Made by a program: the position numbers and the translations under genes | Part shown: positions 43,267-52,960 of the stretch, piece after piece | Layout: the number at the start of each line of letters is the position of its first letter | Numbering within the stretch: position 1 is the stretch's first letter | Assembly (NCBI GenBank): GCA_963771175.1 | Contig: CAVYSY010000040.1 | Span: 96,001 to 160,000, forward strand | Source: an uncultured delta proteobacterium | Lineage (GTDB): Bacteria > Myxococcota > Myxococcia > Myxococcales > Myxococcaceae | Length of the DNA stretch: 64,000 nucleotides | Reading direction: 5' to 3' | Notes under the pieces: model-generated | What the model saw: only the letters and a program-made list of their open reading frames with translations | Told to the model about the DNA's origin: nothing | Databases searched by the model: none

Positions 43267-43793
43267 GACAGCGTTTCAACGTCCTGACACAGCTCACCCA
43301 GGCCCGGGCCGACGAATCGGGCGCGCCGGAGAGGGATCCGCTCGTCCAGCTCTGCGCCTTCTTCGTGGGCCCCGAGGAGTACGCGGTGGACATCATGCGG
43401 GTGGAGGAGATCCTCCCGCCCCAGCGTCTCACTCCCATCCGGGGAGCGCCGCCCTTCATCGAGGGCGTCATCCACCTGCGTGGCTCCATCCTCCCGGTGG
43501 TGGATCTGCGCAAGCGGCTGCTCGGCCCGGACGCCCCGGTACCCGCCAAGACGCGGCTCCTGGTGTGCTGGCTGGGCCGCAAGCGCGTGACCTTCGCCGT
43601 GGACCGCGTGTCCGAGGTGTTGCGGATGCGGCGCAGTGAGATCAAGCCCGCTCCCTCCATGGGGGCGGTGGGTCCGGCCCCCTTCGTGGTAGGGGTGTGT
43701 GGCCAGCCGGAGCGGCTCAAGCTGCTGCTGGACCTGAAGACGTTGCTGCTGGCGGAGATGGTGCGCGACACCGGCCGGAGGACGAACGGATGA
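43263..43793 (+). CDS. cheW: CheW
   Basis: EEYAVDIMRVEEI, GVIHLRGSILPVVDLR. Confidence 0.9.
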   Translation: MRQRFNVLTQLTQARADESGAPERDPLVQLCAFFVGPEEYAVDIMRVEEILPPQRLTPIRGAPPFIEGVIHLRGSILPVVDLRKRLLGPDAPVPAKTRLLVCWLGRKRVTFAVDRVSEVLRMRRSEIKPAPSMGAVGPAPFVVGVCGQPERLKLLLDLKTLLLAEMVRDTGRRTNG

Positions 43794-45772
43794 TCGAGGA
43801 GGGGGGATACGCCGAGGAGGCGCGCTACCGGGCCCTGCTGGAGCTCGACACGTCCTCTCCGGAGGCATTGCGGACGCTCGTGACCGGGCTCCATGACGAG
43901 AGCTGGCGGGTGCGCCGGGCGGCGGCGGAGGGCTTCAGCCGGTTGCCCGAGCGTGGGATGGCGGTGGAGCGGCTCATCTCCGTGCTGGGCGAGCGGGACG
44001 AGACGGGCGCACGCAACGCGGCGGCGGAGTCGCTGGTGGGCATGGGCCTGTCGGCGGTGGCGCCGCTGGTGCGACTGCTCGAGCACTCGGACCCGGATCA
44101 GCGGAAGTTCGCCGCGGACATCCTGGGCCAGCTCGGGCGACCGGAGGCGGAGGAAGCCCTGGTGAAGGCGATGCTGGACGACGGGGACCTCAACGTCCGG
44201 GTGGCGGCCGCGGAGGCCGTGGGGAAGCCCGGCGTCGGAGGCAAGGTCGCCGCCCGCGCCCTGGAGCGCACCCTGCACGACCCCGAGCCGCTGCTGCAAC
44301 TGAGCGCCCTGGAATCGCTCGCGACGCTGCGCCACCCACCGCCGCTGCCGGAGCTGGTGCGGCTGCTGGCCAACCCGATGCTCAAACGCAGCGCCTACCG
44401 GGTGCTGGGCCTCATTCCCCAGGTGGCGGCCACGGAGCTGGTGTGCCGGGGGCTGGGCGCGGAGTCTCGCTCCACCCGTGAGGCGTCGCTCGTGGCTCTG
44501 GGCACCCAGGCGAGCCTGGCCGAGCCCTCGCTGCGGCCCGAGATGGAGGCGGCGGTGCGGCTGGCGCTGAAGCGGCTGCCAGAGGCGACGGGCTTCGTGG
44601 CCAGCGCGCTGGAGTCCGATGATATGGAGCTGCGCGCGGGCGGGCTCGTCGCGGCGGCGGCCCTGCGTGAGCCGCAACTGGCGCCCCTGGTGGCGGAGGT
44701 GGCCCAGGAGGAGCGGATGGCGCCGGAGGTGATGCGGACGCTGTCTTACTTCGGCCCGGAAGCGGGACGCGAGCTGCTGGCGAGCATGGACCGGCTCTCC
44801 TTCCCGGCGCGCGAGGCGGCGGGGCACGTGCTGGTGGAGATGGTGGACGCCACGTACGTGCCCGAGCTCGTCCAGATGCTCGACTGGGGCGAGGTGGACC
44901 TGAAGATGGTGGCGGTGCAGGCGCTCGGGCGGACGCGCTCGCTGGAGGCGGTGGAGCCGCTGGCGCAGCTCCTCTCGCACCCGGACATGGCGGGGCTGGC
45001 GGCGCGCGCGCTGGTGACGCTGGCCGCCCACTTCCCCAAGTCGGTGGCCCAGGCGCTGGAGACGGCGATGTCCGAGGGGGCGGAGCCGGTGGTGCTCAAC
45101 GCCCTGGTGCGGGTGGGCGGCACGGCCATGCTGCCCCTGGTGCGGCGCACGGCGCGCGAGGCCTCCGTGCCGCTGCGCGCCACCGCCGTGGAGGTGCTGG
45201 CCGCGGTGGACCCGGCGGGCGGGCTGGAATTGGCGCATCTGGCGCTGACGGACGAGGCCCCCCGGGTGCGCGCCGCGGCGGTGCGGGTGGTGGGGCAGGT
45301 GGGAGACCCCTCGGCGGCGGGGCTGCTGAAGCAGGCCCTGGAGGACGAGGCCCTGGAGGTGCGGCTCGCAGCCCTGGACGCGGTGGGCGAGTGCGGCGCC
45401 CTGGAGCGGGTGGCGGACCTGGAGGCGCTGGTGCAGCACGCCGAGGGGGCGGTGGCCTTCCGGGCGGTGCAGGCCCTGGCGCGGCTGGGGGCCCTGCGGG
45501 ACGAAGTGCTCCGGCGCGCGGTGACCCACGAGGACCCCGAGGTGGTAAAGACGGCTTTGCTGGCGGGAGCGGCCTCGGCCGAGGGCGTGGCGCTGGCGGT
45601 GGGGCTGCTCGGCCACTCCGGCTGGGACGTGAGGGCCGCGGCGGCGCGGGTGCTGGGGGACTCCGGTGGACCGGAGTGCCTGTCGGCGACCCGGGCCGCG
45701 CTCGCGGCGGAGACGGATGCATTGACGCGCCGCGCCCTGGTGGACGCGGTGGACCGGTTGTCGAGTCGCTAA
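43790..45772 (+). CDS. HEAT-repeat protein
   Basis: Repeated L.D....VR..AA..LG units; ATGA overlap with cheW. Confidence 0.85.
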   Translation: MIEEGGYAEEARYRALLELDTSSPEALRTLVTGLHDESWRVRRAAAEGFSRLPERGMAVERLISVLGERDETGARNAAAESLVGMGLSAVAPLVRLLEHSDPDQRKFAADILGQLGRPEAEEALVKAMLDDGDLNVRVAAAEAVGKPGVGGKVAARALERTLHDPEPLLQLSALESLATLRHPPPLPELVRLLANPMLKRSAYRVLGLIPQVAATELVCRGLGAESRSTREASLVALGTQASLAEPSLRPEMEAAVRLALKRLPEATGFVASALESDDMELRAGGLVAAAALREPQLAPLVAEVAQEERMAPEVMRTLSYFGPEAGRELLASMDRLSFPAREAAGHVLVEMVDATYVPELVQMLDWGEVDLKMVAVQALGRTRSLEAVEPLAQLLSHPDMAGLAARALVTLAAHFPKSVAQALETAMSEGAEPVVLNALVRVGGTAMLPLVRRTAREASVPLRATAVEVLAAVDPAGGLELAHLALTDEAPRVRAAAVRVVGQVGDPSAAGLLKQALEDEALEVRLAALDAVGECGALERVADLEALVQHAEGAVAFRAVQALARLGALRDEVLRRAVTHEDPEVVKTALLAGAASAEGVALAVGLLGHSGWDVRAAAARVLGDSGGPECLSATRAALAAETDALTRRALVDAVDRLSSR

Positions 45773-45795
45773 GGCATCACGGAGGCCAGGGGGTG

Positions 45796-46665
45796 ATGCC
45801 TTTCGATACAGGCAAGCCGGAGATGACAGCGGAGGAGTTCCGCCTGTTGCGGGACTACGTGTATGGCCACTGCGGCATCCTCGTGCGCGATGACATGAAG
45901 TTCGTCATGCACCGGCGGCTGTTGCCGCGGCTGGAGGCGCTGGGGCTGTCGGACTTCAGCGCCTACTACCGCTTCCTGCGCTTCGATGCCCAGCGCCGCG
46001 CCGAGCTGGAGACGGCCATCGAGGCCCTCACCACGCACGAGACGTACTTCTTCCGCGAGCCGCGCCAGCTCAAGGCCTTCTCCGAAGAGGTGCTCCCGCG
46101 CCTGGAGCGGCGCAACGCCCGCACGAAGCGGCTGCGCATCTGGTCCGCGGGGTGCTCGTCCGGGGAGGAGGCCTACACGGTGGCCATGCTCCTCAAGGAG
46201 AGCGGGCGCTTCGAGGGCTGGGACGTGGAGGTGCACGGCACGGACATCTCGCGCCGGGTGCTGGCCCAGGCGCGCCAGGGCGAGTACGGGCCGTCCTCGC
46301 TCCGGGCCACGCCGGCGGAGAAGATCGCCCGCTACTTCGTCCACGTGGGGGCCAACCGGGTGCGCGTGCGCGACGACGTGCGCTCCTGGGTATCCTTCGG
46401 GCACCAAAACCTGCAGGAGCCGGAGACGGGCCTGCTGGTCTCCCGCATGGACGCCGTCTTCTGCCGTAACGTGATGATCTACTTCGACACGCCCGCGCGG
46501 CAGCGGGTGCTGCGTCTCATCTACGACAAGCTGGTGCCCGGCGGTTACCTGCTGCTGGGGCACTCGGAGAACCTCATCAACCTCAGCGCGGACTTCGAGT
46601 TGGTGCACCTGCGCGGCGACCTCGTCTACCGCAAGCCGGCTCCCATCGAGGGGAGCGGATTGTGA
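45796..46665 (+). CDS. cheR: Chemotaxis methyltransferase CheR
   Basis: TTHETYFFRE, IWSAGCSSGEEAY, CRNVMIYF, GHSE. Confidence 0.95.
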   Translation: MPFDTGKPEMTAEEFRLLRDYVYGHCGILVRDDMKFVMHRRLLPRLEALGLSDFSAYYRFLRFDAQRRAELETAIEALTTHETYFFREPRQLKAFSEEVLPRLERRNARTKRLRIWSAGCSSGEEAYTVAMLLKESGRFEGWDVEVHGTDISRRVLAQARQGEYGPSSLRATPAEKIARYFVHVGANRVRVRDDVRSWVSFGHQNLQEPETGLLVSRMDAVFCRNVMIYFDTPARQRVLRLIYDKLVPGGYLLLGHSENLINLSADFELVHLRGDLVYRKPAPIEGSGL

Positions 46666-47696
46666 GCTCGCTCGCGCCCGTGAAGGTGCTGGTGGTGGAT
46701 GACTCGGCCCACAACCGGAGGCTGCTGACGCAGCTCCTGGAGTCCTCGTCGGACGTGAAGGTGGTGGGCACGGCGGCCGATGGCAACGAGGGGCTGCGTC
46801 AGGTGATGGCGCTGCACCCGGACGTGGTGACGCTGGACCTGGAGATGCCGAAGCTGGGCGGCTACTCCTTCCTGCGGCTGCTCAAGAGCCAGGCGCCCAC
46901 GCCGGTCATCGTCATTTCCAGCTACGCGCACAAGGCGGACGTCTTCAAGGCGCTGGAGCTGGGGGCCTTCGACTTCATCGCCAAGCCGGCGAAGCCCACG
47001 CCGGACGTGTTGGACAAGCTGCGCAAGGAGCTGCTGGAGAAGGTGCACGCGGCGAAGCTGGTGCGGCCGTCGGAGTCGAAGCCGGCGCGCGGCAGGTCGA
47101 GGGTGATGCCCCTGGAGCCCGCGTTCGTGGTGGCCATCGGAGCGTCCACGGGAGGGCCGCCGGCGGTGCAGCGGCTGTTGGAGGCGCTCTCGCCGGAGCC
47201 CTCGATGAGCCTGCTGGTGTGCCAGCACATGCCCAAGCAGTTCACCCGGGCCTTCGCGGAGCGGCTGGACAGGCTGGGGCCCTTCGCCGTGCACGAGGCG
47301 GAGGAGGGAGACATCCTGGCGCCGGGCCACGTCTACATCGCGCCCGGAGGGCGGCAGCTCGTGGTGTACCGGCAGGCGGGGCAGTACGTGCTGGGCACGC
47401 CGCACCCGACGATGCAGGACAAGCACGCGCCCTCGGTGGACCGGCTCTTCATGAGCATGGCCGAGGTGTTCGGCTCCAAGGCGGTGGGCGTGGTACTGAC
47501 GGGGATGGGCGCGGATGGGGCGCTCGGCGCGAAGGCCATCCAGAAGGCGGGAGGCGAGGTGTGGGCGGAGTCGGAGCGGACGGCGGTCATCTACGGGATG
47601 CCGCAGGAGGCGGTGGCCACCGGCGCGGTGAGCCGGGTGCTGCCGCTGGGCGAGATTGGGCCGGCGCTGGTGGAGATGGCGCGCAAGAGGCGATGA
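46662..47696 (+). CDS. cheB: Chemotaxis methylesterase CheB
   Basis: Receiver domain plus GASTGG, QHMP, LTGMGADG. Confidence 0.95.
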   Translation: MSSLAPVKVLVVDDSAHNRRLLTQLLESSSDVKVVGTAADGNEGLRQVMALHPDVVTLDLEMPKLGGYSFLRLLKSQAPTPVIVISSYAHKADVFKALELGAFDFIAKPAKPTPDVLDKLRKELLEKVHAAKLVRPSESKPARGRSRVMPLEPAFVVAIGASTGGPPAVQRLLEALSPEPSMSLLVCQHMPKQFTRAFAERLDRLGPFAVHEAEEGDILAPGHVYIAPGGRQLVVYRQAGQYVLGTPHPTMQDKHAPSVDRLFMSMAEVFGSKAVGVVLTGMGADGALGAKAIQKAGGEVWAESERTAVIYGMPQEAVATGAVSRVLPLGEIGPALVEMARKRR

Positions 47697-47697
47697 C

Positions 47698-48483
47698 ATG
47701 AAGACCTTTCCCACCGAGTTCGCGGAGCTGCTCACGCCCAAGGGGCGGCGCATCCTGGAGGGGCGCGACCGGGACGCGTGCGGCGCGCTGATGCAGCCGG
47801 GGCGGCGCTTCGTGGCGCTGAGCGGGGTGCTGGACGTTCGCAAGGCGGCGGCGTGCCGGGAGGTGCTGGAGAAGGCGCTGCGGGACACGCTGACGGCGAT
47901 GGAGGACCCGATTCCCCCGGAGAGCATCTGGGGGATGACGGAGAACTACGCGGAGCAACTCCCGAAGACGGTGCGGGTGAGGACGGCGCTGCTGGAGAGC
48001 CGGCGCTCGCGCTCGTGGCGCGCGGCCGAGGAGGTGGGGCTGGTGGGGATGCTCCACTCGCAGAGCTTCGCGGCCTTCGCGGCGGCGGTGAGCGGACGAG
48101 CGCTGCGGCGCAAGTGGGGCATTCAGGTGCTGTGCTACGGCCCGGGGGACTACACGGGCCCGCACAACGACCACCACCCCGAGGACGCCGAGGCCTTCGA
48201 CGGCTACGTGGACATGCACCTCACGTTCGCGACTCCGGCGGTGGCGCACCAGTGGCTCGTCTACGCCAAGGGCGGGCACTTCTCGGAGATGCAGAGCGTG
48301 AACACCCTGGGAGGGGTGACGGTGTACCGGCTGCCCTTCTGGCACTACACGACGCCGCTGGTGGCGAAGCCGGGCGCCGAGGAGGACGCCCGACGCTGGG
48401 TGCTGCTGGGGACGTTCCTGGACGCCCCGAAGGAGCGCCGCCGGGGCTCGGCCATCGAACTGCCCCAGCCGGCGGGGAAGTGA
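47698..48483 (+). CDS. 2OG-Fe(II) oxygenase-like protein
   Basis: YGPGDYTGPHND (HxD) ... WHYTTP ... RW pattern. Confidence 0.55.
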   Translation: MKTFPTEFAELLTPKGRRILEGRDRDACGALMQPGRRFVALSGVLDVRKAAACREVLEKALRDTLTAMEDPIPPESIWGMTENYAEQLPKTVRVRTALLESRRSRSWRAAEEVGLVGMLHSQSFAAFAAAVSGRALRRKWGIQVLCYGPGDYTGPHNDHHPEDAEAFDGYVDMHLTFATPAVAHQWLVYAKGGHFSEMQSVNTLGGVTVYRLPFWHYTTPLVAKPGAEEDARRWVLLGTFLDAPKERRRGSAIELPQPAGK

Positions 48484-48486
48484 AGT

Positions 48487-48957
48487 TCAGACTTCCTCGT
48501 CGGGCAGGAGTGTGAGGAGTACCTCGTCGTCGGGACCGAGTGGGCGCCAGCCGGGTGGCGGCGGTTCGGCGCGGAGCGCTGCCCTGGCCTGTTTGACACG
48601 CTCCTTGTGAGTTTCTGGGGTGAAGCTCGTCCACATGGCGAGTGTCTGGGCGACCGTGAAACGGGATGGGTCGTCCAGCACGGCGGGCCAACCCTCAGGG
48701 AGATTCTGGGACAAGAGGCGCACAAGAACATCGCGCACAAAGCGTGTGACCTGCTTGCGCTGCTCTGCTTCGGTCAGCAATCCGCCCAGCACCTGCATCC
48801 CGGCGATATCGTCTTCGCCAAGCTCCTCGGCTAGCGAGTGCAACGGGACGGCGGGACGCGCCTCCGCGAAGGCAGTGAGCGAGTCGAAACCACGCTCGCG
48901 GATCCGCTCATACAGACGGACCCTCCAGTTGCCCCGCCAGGCGCTCCCCTCTGTCAT
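48487..48957 (-). CDS. Small cytoplasmic protein, putative immunity protein
   Basis: 156 aa, translationally coupled (ATGA) to the upstream lipoprotein. Confidence 0.6.
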   Translation of the reverse strand: MTEGSAWRGNWRVRLYERIRERGFDSLTAFAEARPAVPLHSLAEELGEDDIAGMQVLGGLLTEAEQRKQVTRFVRDVLVRLLSQNLPEGWPAVLDDPSRFTVAQTLAMWTSFTPETHKERVKQARAALRAEPPPPGWRPLGPDDEVLLTLLPDEEV

Positions 48958-50420
48958 GGTCCTCTCCCGGTGACGAAGTTCATTGGGATTTTATAGAGCC
49001 TCATGTACTCCGCGACGACCTTCAGGATCTCGCTCCGCGTCAACATCCGGCCCGCTTCGGCTTCGGCGTCACGCAGCACTCCCATGATCATCTGGTTCCA
49101 CTCACCGGGCCATTTGCGACCCACGCGCCAATCGCCACCGCCGTGAATCGCCTCGTGGCTTGCCCGCTCCAATTTGACGCAGAACCGGTCGATGCTCATT
49201 TCGCCGGTGAAGCCGCGCTTCTCGAACCACTCGCGGAACGCTCGCGGCAGGACGTGGTGCCGCGGGGGCTCGGCCATTCCGGCCCCCGTTCTGCCCGTCA
49301 CCTGCATACCCCGCACCTCGGGCCCGTCGCCGAGCGCGTCGCGCACGCCCCGCGGCAGGTCCTGCTTCGCTTCGGACATCATCACCTGACCGGCGTGAAT
49401 CCGGACAGCGGCGCTAACGGCGGGAACGGAGATGACGCCCGCCTGTACGAGCCGGCGCATCATCTCCACCCATTCGGCGGAGACGACGATCCGCGTGCCC
49501 GTCATCACTCCGTTGGTGCCCACCACGAGCCCCACGCCGAGCGTGGCGGAAGCGGCCGGTGGGAGCAGCCGGGGCAGTGCCATCTTCATCGCCGAGGCCG
49601 TGGTGAGCATTTCGATGAGCTCCTTCACCAGCATCGCCTCCTCGAATTGCTGCGCCGCTACGCGCACGGCCTCACGGGTCGTGGCGAACTCGCCGGTGAG
49701 GTGGCCTACCAGCGCGGGCAGGTCGGTCGCCGCCGCCTCCACCTGCCCTGGCTCCAGGGTGGCGAGTGCCGTCATGGCTGGCGCGAGCATCATCTGCAGG
49801 CGGTCCATGCTCCAGAACAGCCGTTCCACGCTGTAGTAGGGGCACTGCCTGAGCACGACGTCGGCGAGGTTGAGGAAGTCGAGCCAGACGGCGAGCAGAA
49901 TGGAGCCCAACATCGCGGCCTCGAGCCTTGGGCCGCCGAGATGCAGGAGGGCGAGCGCCATGTCCGGGTCATCCACCTCCGAGGCCGTGTTGGACAGCCG
50001 GGTGGCAGCGGCGAGCTCGGCGTCAATCCATCGCAGTTGCTCAACGCCATAATCGACGAAGGGGCTGAACAGGTCGGCGTATCGGCCGGCGATGCCCCGC
50101 TTGCTGGCCTTGAGTCTGGAGAGTTCACCGGAAATGCGGCGGGTGGAGCCGGACACGTCGCCAACGGCACCGATGAACGCGAACTGGGCCGCGAGGGCGC
50201 TCTGCCGCGAGGGCTCTGGCTCCGAAGGTTGGGATGAGGCGAGGAGGCGCGGATGCTCCTCGCTAGGTTCCTCCTCCCTCGCGGGCACGGCGGCCCCGCG
50301 CGGTGTGTAGCGCAGGAGCATCCCCCGGCCGGGCGGTGGCGGCAGTGACGCGCAGCCGGTGGACAGCAGACTCATGGAGAGCAGCAGCGCCAACCACCGG
50401 GCCCACGGCGAGTCTGCTTG
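48954..50420 (-). CDS. Lipoprotein with C-terminal His-rich (DUF2380/HNH-like) domain, putative SitA-like toxin; start codon uncertain
   Basis: WARWLALLLSMSLLSTG-C lipobox; C-terminal PPRHHVLP...HEAIH...WN. No clear ATG before the signal peptide. Confidence 0.6.
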   Translation of the reverse strand, partial: QADSPWARWLALLLSMSLLSTGCASLPPPPGRGMLLRYTPRGAAVPAREEEPSEEHPRLLASSQPSEPEPSRQSALAAQFAFIGAVGDVSGSTRRISGELSRLKASKRGIAGRYADLFSPFVDYGVEQLRWIDAELAAATRLSNTASEVDDPDMALALLHLGGPRLEAAMLGSILLAVWLDFLNLADVVLRQCPYYSVERLFWSMDRLQMMLAPAMTALATLEPGQVEAAATDLPALVGHLTGEFATTREAVRVAAQQFEEAMLVKELIEMLTTASAMKMALPRLLPPAASATLGVGLVVGTNGVMTGTRIVVSAEWVEMMRRLVQAGVISVPAVSAAVRIHAGQVMMSEAKQDLPRGVRDALGDGPEVRGMQVTGRTGAGMAEPPRHHVLPRAFREWFEKRGFTGEMSIDRFCVKLERASHEAIHGGGDWRVGRKWPGEWNQMIMGVLRDAEAEAGRMLTRSEILKVVAEYMRLYKIPMNFVTGRGP

Positions 50421-50470
50421 GCGCGATTGGAAGGAGTGCGGACTTGCTCTGCTCTCCAGGGGGGGCTCCG

Positions 50471-51598
50471 TCAGATGACCGCGTCGGTGGCGCGGCGGAC
50501 GCGGCCCCAGTCGAAGTTGTCCGCCGGGTCCACCTTGCGGCCCGGGGCCACGTCCCTGTGGCCCAGGATGTTCTTCATGGGGATGTCGTACGTCTTGGCC
50601 AGGTAGGGGACGAGCTTCTCCAGCGCGCGGTACTGGGCCTCGGTGAAGGGCGTCTTGCCGCTGCCGTCGTTGGTGATCTCGATGCCGATGGAGCGGTTGT
50701 TCACGCTGGGGCTGGTGTCGCCACGGAGCGAGGACTTGCCCGCGTGCCACGCCGTCATCTTGTCGTCCACCAGGTGGAAGATGGTGCCGTCCTTGCCGAT
50801 GAGGTAGTGCGCGCTCACCGACTTGTCCCCGTTGGGCTTCGTCAGCGCGTTCAGGTCCCCCTGCACGTTGTTGGAGGCGGTGTGGTGCAGGACGATGGTG
50901 TCGATGTCGGCCCCGCCGCGCGAGCTGAAGTTGGCTGAGGGCACCCACTTCATGTCCGGCTTCGTCACCTTGCCGGGGGTGGTGGGGGCGGGAGCGGGAG
51001 CGGGGGTGGACGCGGGCGGCTTCTGGCCGGCGAGCGCCTTCTCCAGCGCGGCCTTCGTCTTCGGGCCGTACTCCCCGTCCACGCCGAGCTTCCACGCGGA
51101 CTGGAACTTCTTCACCGCCTCTTCCGTCTTCGGGCCGTAGACGCCCGGGCCGGAGTTCATCTGGGCCTGGCTCATGTAGCCGAGCTTCACCAGGGCGGAC
51201 TGGAGCTGCTTCACCGCGGTGCCGGAGTTACCGCGCTCCAGGCCCGCCGCGGGGGCGGTGACGGAGGGCGCCGTGGGGGCCGGCTTGGGCGCCGCCGGGG
51301 TGAGGGCCTTGAGCATGGCGGCGCGCGTCTTCGGGCCATACACGCCGTCGGCCGTCAGCTTGTGCGCGGCCTGGAACTTCTTCAGCGAGGCCTCCGTCTG
51401 GGGGCCGAAGGTGCCCGGGCCGGTGTTCATCTGGGCCTGGCTCATGTAGCCGAGCTTCACCAGCGCGGACTGCATCTGCTTCACCGCGGTGCCCGAGGCT
51501 CCCTTGGAGAGGGGACCCGAGGGCAGGGTGGGGGTGGACGCGAGGGTGGCGGGGGCGGTGGCGACTCTGGTGCGGGACGAGGAGGAAACGGTGCTCAC
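50471..51598 (-). CDS. N-acetylmuramoyl-L-alanine amidase (Amidase_2) with two peptidoglycan-binding domains
   Basis: IVLHHTA, SAHY, AWHAG, SIGIE, GHRDVAPGRKVDP; duplicated VKQxQSALVKLGY...DGxYGPKT. Confidence 0.9.
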   Translation of the reverse strand: MSTVSSSSRTRVATAPATLASTPTLPSGPLSKGASGTAVKQMQSALVKLGYMSQAQMNTGPGTFGPQTEASLKKFQAAHKLTADGVYGPKTRAAMLKALTPAAPKPAPTAPSVTAPAAGLERGNSGTAVKQLQSALVKLGYMSQAQMNSGPGVYGPKTEEAVKKFQSAWKLGVDGEYGPKTKAALEKALAGQKPPASTPAPAPAPTTPGKVTKPDMKWVPSANFSSRGGADIDTIVLHHTASNNVQGDLNALTKPNGDKSVSAHYLIGKDGTIFHLVDDKMTAWHAGKSSLRGDTSPSVNNRSIGIEITNDGSGKTPFTEAQYRALEKLVPYLAKTYDIPMKNILGHRDVAPGRKVDPADNFDWGRVRRATDAVI

Positions 51599-51824
51599 GG
51601 TCGGCTCCGAGCAGGGGGGCTGCGCAGGAAGTCTGGGACGACAGCGGAATTATCGCCGAAGTGGCGAAAAGGTTGTGCCTCCAACGAGAGAAATACCCAG
51701 GAGCCGCCCCTGCCGGCCCTCGTGTGACCGCTGATCGCCAGGGAGGTCCTTCAGCCGCCGATAAGTCCAGTTTCAGACAGGAGAGGAGACCTGCGTGCCT
51801 GCCAATTTCGCGGCTGGCCGAGCA

Positions 51825-51840
51825 TGGCGCGCCGAGTGCC
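51825..51840 (+). promoter_or_regulatory. Possible sigma54 promoter
   Basis: TGGCGCG-N4-GTGC with -24 GG / -12 GC spacing just before the OsmC gene. Confidence 0.35.
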
Positions 51841-51862
51841 ACATCCGCTGGAGGACTCGGAA

Positions 51863-52402
51863 ATGGGAAGCGTCGGAAGCTGCAGCACGCTCGGGATCGA
51901 CACCTTCGAGAAGACGAAGGCGCAGGTGTCCGCCAACCCGGAAGCCGGCAAGGGCCGCTTCGAGACGGTGACGGAGTGGCGCGATGGGGCCCAGGCGGTG
52001 ACGCGGGCGCGCTCCTTCATCCTGGAGACGGATGAGCCCACCGCGCTCGGCGGCAAGGACCAGCACATCGACCCGATGGAATTGCTGCTGGCCGCGCTCG
52101 GCACCTGTCTGACGATTGGCTGGGTGACGCAGGCCCGGCTGCGCGGGCTCGACTACCGCAACCTGCGCATCAAGGTGAGCGCGCCCTTCGACCTGCGCGG
52201 CTACCTCGACCTGGACCCGACGGTGCGCCCCGGTTTCTCCGAGCTCCAGTACGCCGTCGAGGTGGACACCGAGGCCGACACCGCCACGCTGGAGGAGATT
52301 CGCCGGGCGGCGGAGAAGAGCAGCCCGATGTTCGACAACATCCTCAACCCCACCGCCATCTCGGGCCGGGTGACGAAGACCCACGCCTCGCTGGACGCCT
52401 GA
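51863..52402 (+). CDS. OsmC-family protein
   Basis: DEPTALGG..PMELLLAALGTC, DLRG, SPM. Confidence 0.85.
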   Translation: MGSVGSCSTLGIDTFEKTKAQVSANPEAGKGRFETVTEWRDGAQAVTRARSFILETDEPTALGGKDQHIDPMELLLAALGTCLTIGWVTQARLRGLDYRNLRIKVSAPFDLRGYLDLDPTVRPGFSELQYAVEVDTEADTATLEEIRRAAEKSSPMFDNILNPTAISGRVTKTHASLDA

Positions 52403-52489
52403 CGGGGCCTTGCCTCCTCTTCCTGGCCTGTGCGTGACTCGGTCTTGACGTGGGGAGCCCTTCGGCTCCTGGGGCCGGAAAGGGGAAGT

Positions 52490-52960
52490 ACCTTGCGCCG
52501 CATTCTCAGTGCATTGCTTCTCGGGGCGATGCTCCCAGTGGGGCTCGCCTGCGAGGACGGAAAGCTCCAGCTCCCGGAGCTCCCGAAGGTGGATTTGCCT
52601 CGCGTGCCGTTGCCGAAGCTGGACACCGGCAACCTGGTGCTCATCAAGACGCCCGAGGGAGGGATCCAGCTCGACCCGAGAGGCGACGACGCCATCACGG
52701 CACTGGGTGCCTGCACCGACCTCGTCACCTACTGCTTCCAGCCCGGAGAGCGGACGCTGGACCAGTGTGTGGAGTCGGTGCCTCAGTGCAAGACCTCCAG
52801 CCCCTGGCAGGAGGACAAGGAGTGCTGCCCGGCGGCCTGCACCAAGGCCTACGCCAAGGTGCGTGACCAGGGGCAGGAGCCCATCGCGGCCTTCGAGAAG
52901 GTCTTCTTCCTCGAACCGGACTGCTTCCCCGGCGTCCGCGCGCTGCTGGAGGGCAAGTGA
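52490..52960 (+). CDS. Cys-rich lipoprotein of unknown function (start approximate)
   Basis: LRRILSALLLGAMLPVGLA-C plus further cysteines; overlaps the start of the next gene. Confidence 0.6.
   Translation, partial: TLRRILSALLLGAMLPVGLACEDGKLQLPELPKVDLPRVPLPKLDTGNLVLIKTPEGGIQLDPRGDDAITALGACTDLVTYCFQPGERTLDQCVESVPQCKTSSPWQEDKECCPAACTKAYAKVRDQGQEPIAAFEKVFFLEPDCFPGVRALLEGK

Noticed and set aside
50471..51598. Prophage endolysin
   Set aside because: No holin, spanin, structural or integrase genes nearby.
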